Below, in pieces: positions 1 through 12,363 of a DNA stretch of 38,505 bases (position 1 is its first letter; each line of letters opens with the position of its first letter). The notes below the pieces were generated by a model. It had not been told where the DNA came from and ran no database searches. It was given only the letters and a program-made list of their open reading frames with translations. The position numbers and the translations under genes were made by a program. Source of the stretch: Actinomycetes bacterium (GTDB lineage Bacteria > Actinomycetota > Actinomycetes > S36-B12); contig CBFIHB010000003.1 in assembly GCA_965662415.1 (NCBI GenBank), positions 1-38,505 of the forward strand, written 5' to 3'.

Positions 1-17
1 TGTCTGCTGCTACCAAT

Positions 18-614
18 ATGGATGGAGTCGCGATACTTCTGAACACCGATCATCGACTGGTGGGCACCGTCGCGAGTGCGGGTAAGGTCGGCCAAATCCT
101 CGCCGAGTTGGAACTCAGCCTTGGTGAGGGCCCGGCCCACCAGGCCATAGCGGAGCGAGGAATGGTTAGCGCTGACCAGCTTCTCTTCGGATCTCGAGAT
201 CGATGGCCGGTTTTCGCCGAACATGCCGTGGGTGCGGGAATCGAAGCCGTTTTCGCCCTTCCCCTGCAACTTGGCAGCATCATGGTGGGCGTCATCGAGT
301 TTGCCCGCGCAATGCCCGGGAGTCTCGACTCACGAGAACTGATCGATCTCGCCAACCTCTCGTCGCTCACCACTTCCGCCCTCTTGCTCACCCAGGCCCA
401 AGCAAGCGACAGCGAGACACTCGACCTACTGCAAGTCAACGAACCAACTCAGTTACGAATCCATCAGGCCACCGGAATGGTGTCCCAACAAGCAGGGGTG
501 TCCCTTGCAGATGGCCTCGCTCTCATGCGTGCGTATTCGCTCGCACATGGGGCATCCTTGTCGGAGACAGCACAGAAGATCGTTGCTCGGGAATTGCGAA
601 TGGATGAGTCATGA
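18..614 (+). CDS. GAF and ANTAR domain protein (probably 5'-truncated by the window edge)
   Basis: GAF motifs (ELSLGEGP, RWPVFA, VFALPL) and C-terminal ANTAR motif IHQATGMV...LMRAYS. The frame is open back to the window start. Confidence 0.85.
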   Translation: MDGVAILLNTDHRLVGTVASAGKVGQILAELELSLGEGPAHQAIAERGMVSADQLLFGSRDRWPVFAEHAVGAGIEAVFALPLQLGSIMVGVIEFARAMPGSLDSRELIDLANLSSLTTSALLLTQAQASDSETLDLLQVNEPTQLRIHQATGMVSQQAGVSLADGLALMRAYSLAHGASLSETAQKIVARELRMDES

Positions 615-1366
615 AAAGAGATATCCGGGAAGAGCATTCAACGGCTTCCTTGACAGCAACAGTGATCCAGGCGATGGAGTCCCTCGTGCAGGACTTCGAT
701 TACGTTGATCTCGCCTCATCTCTTGTCGCGTCGACCATCGATCTGCTGCAGGCGGATGCCGCCGGAGTCATGATCAGCGACAACACCAAGCTACTTCACG
801 TGGTGGCTGCTTCGGATGAGGACATGAGGACTTTGGAGGTCTTCGAAATTCAGGCGGATGAGGGGCCATGTCTGGACTCTTGGTACTCCGGGCGATTGGT
901 CACCGCAGACGATCTCGCCACAGATGACCGTTGGGACACCTTCCGGACGCAAGCACTCGCACAAGGCTTCCGTTCCGCGCTTGCCGCGCCGCTGCGTCTT
1001 CGGGACCACAACATCGGCGCACTCAACGTGCTTTGGCGTAGGACCGATGCGGCGGACCACCGCTCGATTCAGGCAGCTCAGGCGCTCGCAGATCTTGCGG
1101 CATTGGGCTTGACCAGTAGGGCCATACCGTCCGAAGCCACGTTCCTGGCCGAGCAGATCCAAAAGACGATCAATGCGCGAGTGACGATCGAGCAAGCCAA
1201 AGGCATCATCGCCGAGCAAACGGCTTCAGACATGAATAGCGCGTATGCGCTGATGCGGGATTACTCACGTACTAGCGGGTCCCATCTCATCGACGCAGCC
1301 GAACAGATAATTCGCGGGACCGTCACGGCAACAGTGATGCAGGACTACGCACAAAAGCGCAGCTAG
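611..1366 (+). CDS. GAF and ANTAR domain protein
   Basis: EGPCLD, RW..F, APLRLRDHNIGALN (GAF) and IEQAKGIIAE...AYALMRDYSR (ANTAR). ATGA overlap with the upstream gene. Confidence 0.9.
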   Translation: MKRDIREEHSTASLTATVIQAMESLVQDFDYVDLASSLVASTIDLLQADAAGVMISDNTKLLHVVAASDEDMRTLEVFEIQADEGPCLDSWYSGRLVTADDLATDDRWDTFRTQALAQGFRSALAAPLRLRDHNIGALNVLWRRTDAADHRSIQAAQALADLAALGLTSRAIPSEATFLAEQIQKTINARVTIEQAKGIIAEQTASDMNSAYALMRDYSRTSGSHLIDAAEQIIRGTVTATVMQDYAQKRS

Positions 1367-1402
1367 TCCGCTCGCGCCCGCGGTTTCGCGAAAACAGAAG
1401 CA

Positions 1403-3133
1403 CTAACGAATTGCGGGCGTCAATCGGAGTTCACCCGGGGCACCCAACGGGACCACCGGATGCTCGGGCGCCACTACGGGCGCTGGTAGATACTCGACGC
1501 CCAGCGGTGGCCGCTGATCCGCCTGACCCTTGTTCGGCCATAGCGCCATGGCCCGCTCGGCCTGAGCGGTGATCGTCAAGGACGGGTTCACTCCGAGGTT
1601 GGCAGTAATCGTGGAGCCGTCAACGATGTGCAGGCCGGGGTAGCCGAAGACCCGGTGGTAGGCGTCCACCACTCCGGAGGCCTCATCGGCGCCGATCACG
1701 CAGCCACCGACGAAGTGTGCGGTCAAGGCGGCGTCGAGGTTCTCGAAGACGCTCGCGCCAGGGACTCCCCCGATCTTGTCAGCGACCCTGCGAACCACAT
1801 CCTGGGCAACCGGCATATAGGTGGGTGCAGGCGTGGATTCGCTCTGATCTGTCGTGAGGCGCCAGCGGGAGAAGGGGCCAAGGCGACTGCGCTTCCCGGT
1901 CAAGGTAAGCGAGTTGTCGACCGGCTGCATGATCAATGAGATGACCGTTCGCTCGGAACATCTGCGAAAGTTAAACAACTGGGAGGCGATGCTCGGATTA
2001 CGCGACAACTCACCGAGCCAGACCCGCCACCTAGGCATCCCGTCTCGCGGCTGGGTCAAGACGGACTGCAAAAGGCCCATCGAGTTCGATCCTTTGCCGT
2101 AGCGCACCGGCTCGACGTGGGTGTTCTCATCCGGATACCAACTCGAGGTGATCGCAACCCCCTCGGTGAAGTCCGTGCCCGTGGTGGACGTGGACCGTGC
2201 GACCGCGCCGAGAATCGACTCAGAGTTGGTGCGCGAGAGCCGACCGAGTGCCGCGGACAAACGCGGCAACCGACCCTGGTCCTTCATCTTGTGCAGCAAC
2301 TTCTGGGTGTTGTAGGTGCCCGCGGCGAATACGACCTGCTCGGCTGTGTACCAACGACGAATCCGGTTACCGAACATCCCACTTGCCCTGGTCTCGATCC
2401 GGTAGCCACCGTCCGGCAGCGGGTCGATACCCACCACCGTGGTCATCGGCATGATCTGGGCGCCTGCCGATTCAGCAAGGTGCAGGTAGTTCTTCGGCAG
2501 TGTGTTCTTCGCGTTCCACCGGCAGCCGGTCATGCACTCACCGCATTCGATACAACCGGTGCGCGCGGGCCCTGCTCCCCCGAAGTAGGGATCGGGTTCG
2601 GTGACCCCTGGCGTGCCGAAGTAGACACCCACCGGCGTCATCCGGAAGGTGTGTCCCACTCCCATGTCGTCGGCCACTTGCTTCATCACGATGTCCGATG
2701 GCGTCATCGTCGGGTTGTCGGCGATGCCGAGCATTCGTCCGGCTTGGTCGTAATACGGCGCAAGTTCCTTGGCCCAATCGGTAATGCCCGCCCACTGCGG
2801 ATCGGAGAAGAAGCGCGCCCCGGGGATGTACAGCGTGTTGGCGTACACCAACGAGCCGCCACCCACTCCTGCGCCGGCAAGGATCGCGACATCCTTCATC
2901 ACATGGATGCGTTGGATGCCGAACATGCCCAGCATCGGCGCCCACAAGAAGGAGCGAAGGTCCCAGGAGGTCTTCGCGAAGTCCTGGTCCGCGAACCGTT
3001 TCCCAGCCTCGAAGACGGTAACCCGATAGCCCTTCTCCGAAAGCCGCAACGCCGCGACCGAGCCACCGAAGCCCGAACCGACGATGGCGACATCGGTGTC
3101 GAACGCGCTCGGATCGCTCAGTGGCGCGGCCAT
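1403..3133 (-). CDS. choD: GMC-family FAD oxidoreductase, cholesterol oxidase ChoD-like
   Basis: GSGFGG FAD motif, GAGVGGGSLVYAN, CIECGECMTGC, GVNPSLTI. Follows guaB-guaB3 as choD does in mycobacteria. Start is ATG 3133 or GTG 3136 after an AGGAAG RBS. Confidence 0.85.
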   Translation of the reverse strand: MAAPLSDPSAFDTDVAIVGSGFGGSVAALRLSEKGYRVTVFEAGKRFADQDFAKTSWDLRSFLWAPMLGMFGIQRIHVMKDVAILAGAGVGGGSLVYANTLYIPGARFFSDPQWAGITDWAKELAPYYDQAGRMLGIADNPTMTPSDIVMKQVADDMGVGHTFRMTPVGVYFGTPGVTEPDPYFGGAGPARTGCIECGECMTGCRWNAKNTLPKNYLHLAESAGAQIMPMTTVVGIDPLPDGGYRIETRASGMFGNRIRRWYTAEQVVFAAGTYNTQKLLHKMKDQGRLPRLSAALGRLSRTNSESILGAVARSTSTTGTDFTEGVAITSSWYPDENTHVEPVRYGKGSNSMGLLQSVLTQPRDGMPRWRVWLGELSRNPSIASQLFNFRRCSERTVISLIMQPVDNSLTLTGKRSRLGPFSRWRLTTDQSESTPAPTYMPVAQDVVRRVADKIGGVPGASVFENLDAALTAHFVGGCVIGADEASGVVDAYHRVFGYPGLHIVDGSTITANLGVNPSLTITAQAERAMALWPNKGQADQRPPLGVEYLPAPVVAPEHPVVPLGAPGELRLTPAIR

Positions 3134-3149
3134 CACACTTCCTTTCCGG

Positions 3150-4673
3150 CTACTTCAGGCCCAACTTCTTCATGAGCCCCATGGCTTGGGTAAGGGTGTC
3201 ACCCCATCGCTCATCGGACCACCCGAACGGCGGATCGAAGCCCAGGGCCCGCTGGGTGGCGATGGTCTGGGGCTCGGTGTACTTGTGCATCCCCTCATCC
3301 CCGTGACGACGTCCCACGCCCGATACCCCCATGCCGCCCATCGGAGCCCGCTTGCTGGCCCAGGCCGATGCGTAGCCCTCGTTGATGTTGATCGTGCCGG
3401 CTCGCAATCGTCTGGCCAGGCCTTGGGCATGGCGAAAACTCGCGCTGACCACCGAAGCGTTGAGCCCGTATTCGGTGTCGTTGGCCAGCGCCACCGCTTC
3501 GTCATCGGAGGCGACCGGGTAGACGGCCACCACCGGGCCGAAGGTTTCGGTGCGGCAAAGGGTCATCGACTCAGTGACCCCGGTAAGGATCGTCGGCGCG
3601 TAGAAGTACGGGCCGATGTCGGGGCGAGGCTCACCCCCACAGACAACTGTGGCTCCCTGGTCGCGGGCCTGGTCGACATGTTCACTTACCCTCGCGAGTT
3701 GCTTGGCGGAAATAAGTGAGCCGATGTCCGAACCCCACCCGAGGTGCGCGGACATTCGCTGCGCCTCGGTACGGCGAGCGAACGCCTCGAGGAAACCCTC
3801 GAAGCGATCCCGATTCACGTAGATGCGCTCCATGGAAATGCACAACTGGCCTGTGTTCGAGAAGCTTCCCCTCACCGCGATCGACGCTGCCCGCTCGAGA
3901 TCCGCGTCAGCCCGGATGATCATGGCGTTCTTGCCGCCGAGTTCCATCGAGCAGCCGATCAGTCGCTCGCCACAGCGCTTGGCTACTTCCCGTCCAACGG
4001 CCGTGGAGCCGGTGAACATCACGTAATCGGCGCGGTCGATCACCATCGGGCCGACAACGGGTCCCTCGCCGGAGACGACAGTGAAGACACCCTCGGGCAG
4101 TCCGGCTCGATCCAGCAGGCTCTTGATCCACAGGGCGCTCAATGTCGTTTGGACGTCGGGCTTCAACACGATGGTGTTGCCGGCGATGAGCGCCGGAATC
4201 GCATCGCTGGCCGCGAGCGTGACCGGGTAGTTCCACGGCGAGATGACCCCGACCACACCCTTGGGTAGGCGTCGTTCGACCACACCCACGAGTCCGGGGA
4301 AGGCACCGAGGCGTCGGCGTGGCCGCAACAATCGCCGGGCATCGCGCGCGTAGTGCCGGGAGGTGATGCACACATCGAGGATCTCCTCGTTGGCATCCTT
4401 GCGCGCCTTCCCCGTCTCGCGTTGCACGAGATTCATCCCGAACTGGCGGTCGGCGAGCAAGAGATCGTGAAATCGCAGGATGATCCGCGTGCGCTCATTA
4501 AGTGGAAGTGCTGACCAAGGCGCCTGCGCCCGACGAGCGAACTCGAACGCCTCGTCTACGTCGTCCTGCGTGCTCACCGGAAGGCGATAGAGGGGTTCTC
4601 CGGTGAACGGCTCGACTACCTCGTGGGCTGGACCGGAGGCGATGAGGCCACGCAGCAATGCCGTTGGATCCAT
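3150..4673 (-). CDS. Succinate-semialdehyde dehydrogenase-like aldehyde dehydrogenase
   Basis: ISPWNYP, FTGSTAVG, MELGGKN, catalytic GQLCIS, ETFGPV. GGGAGG RBS. Confidence 0.88.
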   Translation of the reverse strand: MDPTALLRGLIASGPAHEVVEPFTGEPLYRLPVSTQDDVDEAFEFARRAQAPWSALPLNERTRIILRFHDLLLADRQFGMNLVQRETGKARKDANEEILDVCITSRHYARDARRLLRPRRRLGAFPGLVGVVERRLPKGVVGVISPWNYPVTLAASDAIPALIAGNTIVLKPDVQTTLSALWIKSLLDRAGLPEGVFTVVSGEGPVVGPMVIDRADYVMFTGSTAVGREVAKRCGERLIGCSMELGGKNAMIIRADADLERAASIAVRGSFSNTGQLCISMERIYVNRDRFEGFLEAFARRTEAQRMSAHLGWGSDIGSLISAKQLARVSEHVDQARDQGATVVCGGEPRPDIGPYFYAPTILTGVTESMTLCRTETFGPVVAVYPVASDDEAVALANDTEYGLNASVVSASFRHAQGLARRLRAGTININEGYASAWASKRAPMGGMGVSGVGRRHGDEGMHKYTEPQTIATQRALGFDPPFGWSDERWGDTLTQAMGLMKKLGLK

Positions 4674-4720
4674 CTGCAGAACCTCCCGTTCACGATCGAA
4701 TCCCGGAGCATGGGATGGCG

Positions 4721-5833
4721 TCAGGAGGTTATGACCATATCGACGCGTTGGAACTCCTTGAGATCGGAGTAACCGGTGGTAGCCATCGCTTTGCGCAGGG
4801 CGCCGACGATGTTCGCAGTGCCATCGGCGTGATAGGACGGTCCATGTAACACCTCCGCGAAGGTTCCCACCTGTTCCATAAGTTGGCGCTCACCACGCGG
4901 GAGCGTCGGATGCCAGGCCTCAGCGCCCCAGTGCGCTCCCCGTCCAGGAGCATCGCTCGCGCGGGCGAAGATCGAACCGACCATCGCCGCATCCGCACCG
5001 CAGGCGAACGCCTTGACTACATCACCGCTCGTGCCCATCGAGCCATCGGCGATGACATGTACGTATCGCCCACCTGATTCGTCGAGGTAATCGCGTCGAG
5101 CGGCCGCAATCTCAGCAACGGCGGTGGCCATCGGCACCCGCACACCGATGACATCGGAGGTGGTGTGACTCGCTCCACCACCGAAGCCGACCAATACCCC
5201 GGCGGCTCCAGTACGCATGAGATGCAATGCCGCCTGCCGGGTGCTGCAACCGCCCACGATCACCGGGACGTCGAGTTCATGGATGAACTCCTTGAGGTTC
5301 AACTCGTTGCCATCGGAGCCGACATGCTCCGCCGATACCGTGGTTCCACGAATCACGATGATGTCCGCTCCCGCCTTGGCTGCGATCGGGGCGAGTTGTG
5401 CCGTTCGAGCTGGGGAGACCGCGACCGAGACGATGATCCCTGCCTCCTTCATCTCCCCGATCCGCTGAGCGATGAGATCGGAGTCGACGGGGGCGTCGGC
5501 GTACAGGCTCTGCATGTTGCCGATCACGGTGCCCTCGTATCCCGCCGCGATGTCCTCGAGGTGCGCGATCGGATCGGCGTAGCGAGCCCACAGTCCCTCG
5601 AGGTTCAAGGACGCCAGGACACCGAGCCGTGCGAGCTCGATCGCACTCGCCGGGGAAACCACGGAATCCATCGGCGCGGCCAGGATCGGGGTTTGGAAGG
5701 TGTACGCGTCGATGCTCCAGGTGGTGGAGACGTCCTCGGTATTGCGGGTTCGGCGGCTCGGCGCGATGGCCACCTCATCGAACGAATACGCGCGAGCCGC
5801 CTGCTTGGACCCGCCGATCAGCACATCGGCCAC
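4721..5833 (-). CDS. guaB3: GuaB3-family IMP dehydrogenase-related protein
   Basis: RAYSFDEVAIAPSRRTR, SAEHV, YLDESGGRYVHVIADG, TGYSDLKEFQRV. Lacks the catalytic Cys loop. Directly downstream of guaB. Confidence 0.92.
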   Translation of the reverse strand: MADVLIGGSKQAARAYSFDEVAIAPSRRTRNTEDVSTTWSIDAYTFQTPILAAPMDSVVSPASAIELARLGVLASLNLEGLWARYADPIAHLEDIAAGYEGTVIGNMQSLYADAPVDSDLIAQRIGEMKEAGIIVSVAVSPARTAQLAPIAAKAGADIIVIRGTTVSAEHVGSDGNELNLKEFIHELDVPVIVGGCSTRQAALHLMRTGAAGVLVGFGGGASHTTSDVIGVRVPMATAVAEIAAARRDYLDESGGRYVHVIADGSMGTSGDVVKAFACGADAAMVGSIFARASDAPGRGAHWGAEAWHPTLPRGERQLMEQVGTFAEVLHGPSYHADGTANIVGALRKAMATTGYSDLKEFQRVDMVITS

Positions 5834-5835
5834 GG

Positions 5836-7347
<1,512 letters not shown>

Positions 7348-7348
7348 C

Positions 7349-8377
7349 TCACATTCCCAGCGCACGTGAGAGCCGCGCCACCGTCTCGGTGAGGTCGGTA
7401 GCTACCGACACTCCCGCAGGCGGGGTGCCGTGCCATCCCGGTCCGCCGGCTAGGACCGCCGGAGACGGACGAAGGGCCGGCAGGTCGGCAAGGGTCTGGA
7501 TCCGGGCGGAACCGGGGATCTGGGCCCACACGAAGACCGCCGCGGGTCCGGTCCGGCGCACTGCCTGAAGCAGTGTGTCCTGCGGGACCCGGGCACCCAA
7601 CATGCGCACGCCGATCCGCCGCTCAGCAAGTGCAGCTGCCACCGCCCACAAGGGCAGGAAGTGCGTCTCCTCCTCTGCGGCGGCAAGTAGAACCGAACGC
7701 GAATTGACCGGATCTTTGAGTTCCTTGGCCCGATCGGCGAGCACCGAGTGGACCGAATCGCTCAGGACGTGCTCGACGTCGATGCCCCGGCCGCTGGTCT
7801 CCCAGCGCTGCCCCACACCGGCGAGCACGGGCACGAGCAGGTGATCCCACGTCCATACGACACCACGACGATCGATGGTCTCGCGGATGATCCGCTGGCA
7901 GGCCGCTCCGTCGAGGGCGAGTGCTGCACGTGCGAGTCCACGGGACGCCGGGGTTCCGCCGGGAATGGGAATCACCTGGCCCCCACCGCTGCGACCCGCG
8001 CCGCGACCTGTCGGGGCGCCCGGCGTGCTGTCAGGCAGCACCATCGGCTCATCACCCATGCCGGTGGCGATGTCGGTGACTGGCGCCAACGACGACGCAT
8101 CCACTTCCAGAGCCATGGCGTCCCGGGCGGCATCGCCCGGGGGGATCCCGGCTTGGACCAGGCGACGCATGTGTTCCAGGCGCGCGAGATCGGATGCTGT
8201 GTAGCGGCGGTGCGATCCGGCCCGGTGCTCACTAGGGCCCAGCCCGTAGCGACGGTCCCAGGTCCGCAACGTGGCCGGCGCCACACCCAGACGCCGGGCT
8301 ACCGCCGCGACGGTCAATCCCGGGGCCGACAGACGCTGCTCTCCGGCAGGGGAAGACCCCTGAATGTCGCTGACCAC
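7349..8377 (-). CDS. MerR-family HTH regulator with cobalamin-binding domain (CarH/LitR-like)
   Basis: MerR HTH (TVAAVARRLGVAPATLRTWDRRYGL, HRRY), W-x9-EH motif (WETSGRGIDVEH), E-x-H (ETH), LGARVP. Start placed at GTG 8377 because CACAAT lies 6 nt upstream; the longest ORF starts at 8446. Confidence 0.85.
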   Translation of the reverse strand: MVSDIQGSSPAGEQRLSAPGLTVAAVARRLGVAPATLRTWDRRYGLGPSEHRAGSHRRYTASDLARLEHMRRLVQAGIPPGDAARDAMALEVDASSLAPVTDIATGMGDEPMVLPDSTPGAPTGRGAGRSGGGQVIPIPGGTPASRGLARAALALDGAACQRIIRETIDRRGVVWTWDHLLVPVLAGVGQRWETSGRGIDVEHVLSDSVHSVLADRAKELKDPVNSRSVLLAAAEEETHFLPLWAVAAALAERRIGVRMLGARVPQDTLLQAVRRTGPAAVFVWAQIPGSARIQTLADLPALRPSPAVLAGGPGWHGTPPAGVSVATDLTETVARLSRALGM

Positions 8378-8466
8378 CGGGTAATTGTGGGATGCACCGC
8401 CCCGATCCGCATCCGCAGCCTGGTCCAGCCGTCTGAATCGGTTCATAAATTGTTCAACTCGGAATA

Positions 8467-8496
8467 TTGACTAACCTGTGGCGCGATTGATATCGT
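8467..8496 (+). promoter_or_regulatory. Sigma-70-like promoter of whiB (TTGACT-18 nt-TATCGT)
   Basis: Near-consensus -35 and -10 hexamers upstream of the GAAAGGA RBS and ATG 8537. Confidence 0.55.
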
Positions 8497-8536
8497 TTCA
8501 GGCGTACGGAAAGAGACCTACTCGGAAAGGACTCTC

Positions 8537-8833
8537 ATGGCAGACGTTTCACGGCTCCCCGGCCCGAATGCCGACATCTGGGACTGGCAACTCGACGGCG
8601 CCTGCCGCGGTGAGGACCCCGGTGTCTTCTTCCATCCTGAAGGGGAGCGCGGACCCGCTCGGGCCGCCCGCGAAGCGGCCGCCAAGGCCATTTGCGCGCA
8701 ATGCCCCGTCATCAGCCAGTGCGCTGCCCACGCCCTCGAGGTACGTGAGCCGTACGGCGTGTGGGGTGGCCTGTCCGAAGACGACCGCGAGGCCGTCTAT
8801 GCGGGTCGCCGCCGGCTTCCCGTGGCTGTCTAA
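8537..8833 (+). CDS. whiB3: WhiB-family Fe-S transcription regulator, WhiD/WhiB3 clade
   Basis: Four Cys (ACRG, CAQC, QCAA), GVWGG turn, MADVSRLPGPNADIWDWQ N-terminus like Streptomyces WhiD. Lies between groEL1 and guaB. Confidence 0.93.
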   Translation: MADVSRLPGPNADIWDWQLDGACRGEDPGVFFHPEGERGPARAAREAAAKAICAQCPVISQCAAHALEVREPYGVWGGLSEDDREAVYAGRRRLPVAV

Positions 8834-8860
8834 CTATTTGACTTTCTGCATCCCTCCTCA

Positions 8861-8899
8861 ACGACGAAGGGCGCCGGTGATCCCGGCGCCCTTCGTCGT
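8861..8899. terminator. Bidirectional hairpin terminator between whiB and groEL
   Basis: Perfect 17-bp inverted repeat ACGACGAAGGGCGCCGG / CCGGCGCCCTTCGTCGT with a 5-nt loop, between convergent genes. Confidence 0.85.
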
Positions 8900-8922
8900 C
8901 CTTGCGGACGGTGTCCTGTGAT

Positions 8923-10602
<1,680 letters not shown>

Positions 10603-10612
10603 TCAGAAACGT

Positions 10613-10649
10613 CGTGGGCCCCGGCCCCGCGTGGGGACCGGGGCTCACG
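10613..10649 (-). terminator. GC-rich hairpin between groES and groEL (partial terminator or mRNA stability element)
   Basis: Imperfect inverted repeat CGTGAGCCCCGGTCCCC / GGGGCCGGGGCCCACG followed by ACGTTTCT on the minus strand. Confidence 0.55.
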
Positions 10650-10670
10650 TCATGTTGGTGGGAAGGGCCC

Positions 10671-10970
10671 TTACTTCTCGACGACGGCGAGAACGTCGCG
10701 CGCCGAGAGGATCAGGTACTCCTCGTTGTCGTACTTGACTTCGGTGCCGCCGTACTTGCTGTAGATGACGACGTCACCGACCTTGATATCGAGCGGAACA
10801 CGCTTGTCACCGTCATCGTCGAACCGCCCCGGGCCGACGGCGAGGACCTTGCCCTCTTGCGGCTTCTCCTTGGCGGTATCGGGAATGACGAGGCCTGAAG
10901 CAGTGGTCTGCTCGGCTTCTAGGGTCTGGACCAAAATCCGGTCCTCGAGGGGCTTGATGGAAACCGACAC
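10671..10970 (-). CDS. groES: Co-chaperonin GroES
   Basis: [34 protein letters not shown] 10970 follows a GGAGG RBS. Confidence 0.97.
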   Translation of the reverse strand: MSVSIKPLEDRILVQTLEAEQTTASGLVIPDTAKEKPQEGKVLAVGPGRFDDDGDKRVPLDIKVGDVVIYSKYGGTEVKYDNEEYLILSARDVLAVVEK

Positions 10971-11029
10971 GATTGCATCCTCCGGATGAGTCGGCGGCCG
11001 CCCTTGCGGGCGGGTAACGGCTAGGACTG

Positions 11030-11056
11030 TTGGCAGTCTCACAGGGAGAGTGCCAA
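11030..11056. promoter_or_regulatory. CIRCE element (HrcA operator), downstream copy
   Basis: TTGGCAGTC-N9-GAGTGCCAA upstream of groES. Confidence 0.85.
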
Positions 11057-11061
11057 GTGGA

Positions 11062-11090
11062 ACAGTACGCGGCACTTAGCACTCTGTCAA
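11062..11090 (-). promoter_or_regulatory. groESL promoter TTGACA-17 nt-TACTGT
   Basis: Perfect -35 located in the spacer of the upstream CIRCE, 17-nt spacer, TANNNT -10. Confidence 0.8.
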
Positions 11091-11102
11091 TTCGAGTGCT
11101 AG
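11076..11102. promoter_or_regulatory. CIRCE element (HrcA operator), upstream copy
   Basis: TTAGCACTC-N9-GAGTGCTAG, one mismatch from consensus. Confidence 0.93.
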
Positions 11103-11129
11103 GCGGGTCGCGCCTGGCACCATCACCGG

Positions 11130-12359
11130 ATGGACGCTCGGCCGACGGATGCACAGCAGGCGCTGGTGTCCCTGGCCCGGGATTGGCCACCCGAGGCCCG
11201 TCAGGAGTTGATCTCTCCCCCGGTCGACGAGGACGCACGAGAACCGGATCCCCTACGCACGATTGCCGAACTGCGGCGCGCGCATCCGCAGTGGTCCCCG
11301 GAATTCGCCGCAGCAGTCGCCACCCAGCGCGAACTCATCGCCCGGGGACGCGGCAGGGGCGTGATCCCCCCAGGTCCGTGGCTGGCCACCCGGGTGGGCC
11401 TGGAGCAATCGACCCGGTTGGCCGTTGCGCGCCGTCGCGCGCACCACCTTGCCGCCGCGGGGGTCGCCAGCGTGGTTGATCTAACCGCCGGACTCGGGGT
11501 CGATTCCTGGGCCTGTGTTGACAGGGGCCTGCATGTAGTGGCCATCGAGCGCGACCCGCTTACGGCGGAGTTGTGCCGAACGAATGTGCCCGGGGCCCAC
11601 GTGCACCACGCTGATGCCACCGAGGTGGCGGTCGATTTCGCAGCTGACTTACCCAATCCGGTGTGCTGGCTGGTCGATCCCTCGCGACGCTCAGCATCGT
11701 TGCGCCCGGATGGCTCCCGCGCAGGCCCGGAGCGCGATCCCGAGCGCTGGTCCCCGCCCTGGTCATTCGTCGAACACCTACGGGACACCCGGGAGTGGGT
11801 CGCCGCGAAGGCTCCCGGGGGGTTCCGCCCCGGGCCCAGTTGGTCAGCGGAATGGGTGGGGGTAGCGAACTACGTGGCCGAGTGCGCGGTCTACTCCTTG
11901 CCCAACCCGGCGCTGGTGCACCCCCGTCAGGCCACCTTGCTCGGTGCTGGCGTCGATGCCAGTGATCTGACGCACGCGGTCAGCGATGTTGGGGCACCAG
12001 TCGGGGCTGTGTGCGAGTACCTCGGCGAACCGCACCCGGTATTCCATCGGGCCCTCGCGAGCCTGTGCGGGGACAGGGCACGGCAAGTCAGCGCCGACAG
12101 TACGTGGATCACCTCCGACGCACCCACGATCCGCGGCGTTCGGTGGCTGCGAATCATCGGCACCGCACCGCTGAAACGCATGGGAGCACTCGCCAGAGCC
12201 CACGGAGTCGAGGCAGTCGCGGTGAAGTCACGTGAATCACCGACGTCGTTGAGCGCCATTCGCTCAAAGGTCGGGCTGCCCGACGGAAATGAATTCGCAG
12301 TCGTGATCGCCCACGGTCTGTCCGATGCGATCCTCGCGCAGTTCGTGCCCGCCGACTGA
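11130..12359 (+). CDS. Class I SAM-dependent methyltransferase (THUMP-like C-terminus)
   Basis: GLEQSTR..VA..RA, VVDLTAGLGVDS SAM motif, AIERDP, VDPSRR, WSPPW. This position near groES is usual in actinobacteria. Confidence 0.8.
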   Translation: MDARPTDAQQALVSLARDWPPEARQELISPPVDEDAREPDPLRTIAELRRAHPQWSPEFAAAVATQRELIARGRGRGVIPPGPWLATRVGLEQSTRLAVARRRAHHLAAAGVASVVDLTAGLGVDSWACVDRGLHVVAIERDPLTAELCRTNVPGAHVHHADATEVAVDFAADLPNPVCWLVDPSRRSASLRPDGSRAGPERDPERWSPPWSFVEHLRDTREWVAAKAPGGFRPGPSWSAEWVGVANYVAECAVYSLPNPALVHPRQATLLGAGVDASDLTHAVSDVGAPVGAVCEYLGEPHPVFHRALASLCGDRARQVSADSTWITSDAPTIRGVRWLRIIGTAPLKRMGALARAHGVEAVAVKSRESPTSLSAIRSKVGLPDGNEFAVVIAHGLSDAILAQFVPAD

Positions 12360-12363
12360 ACTG

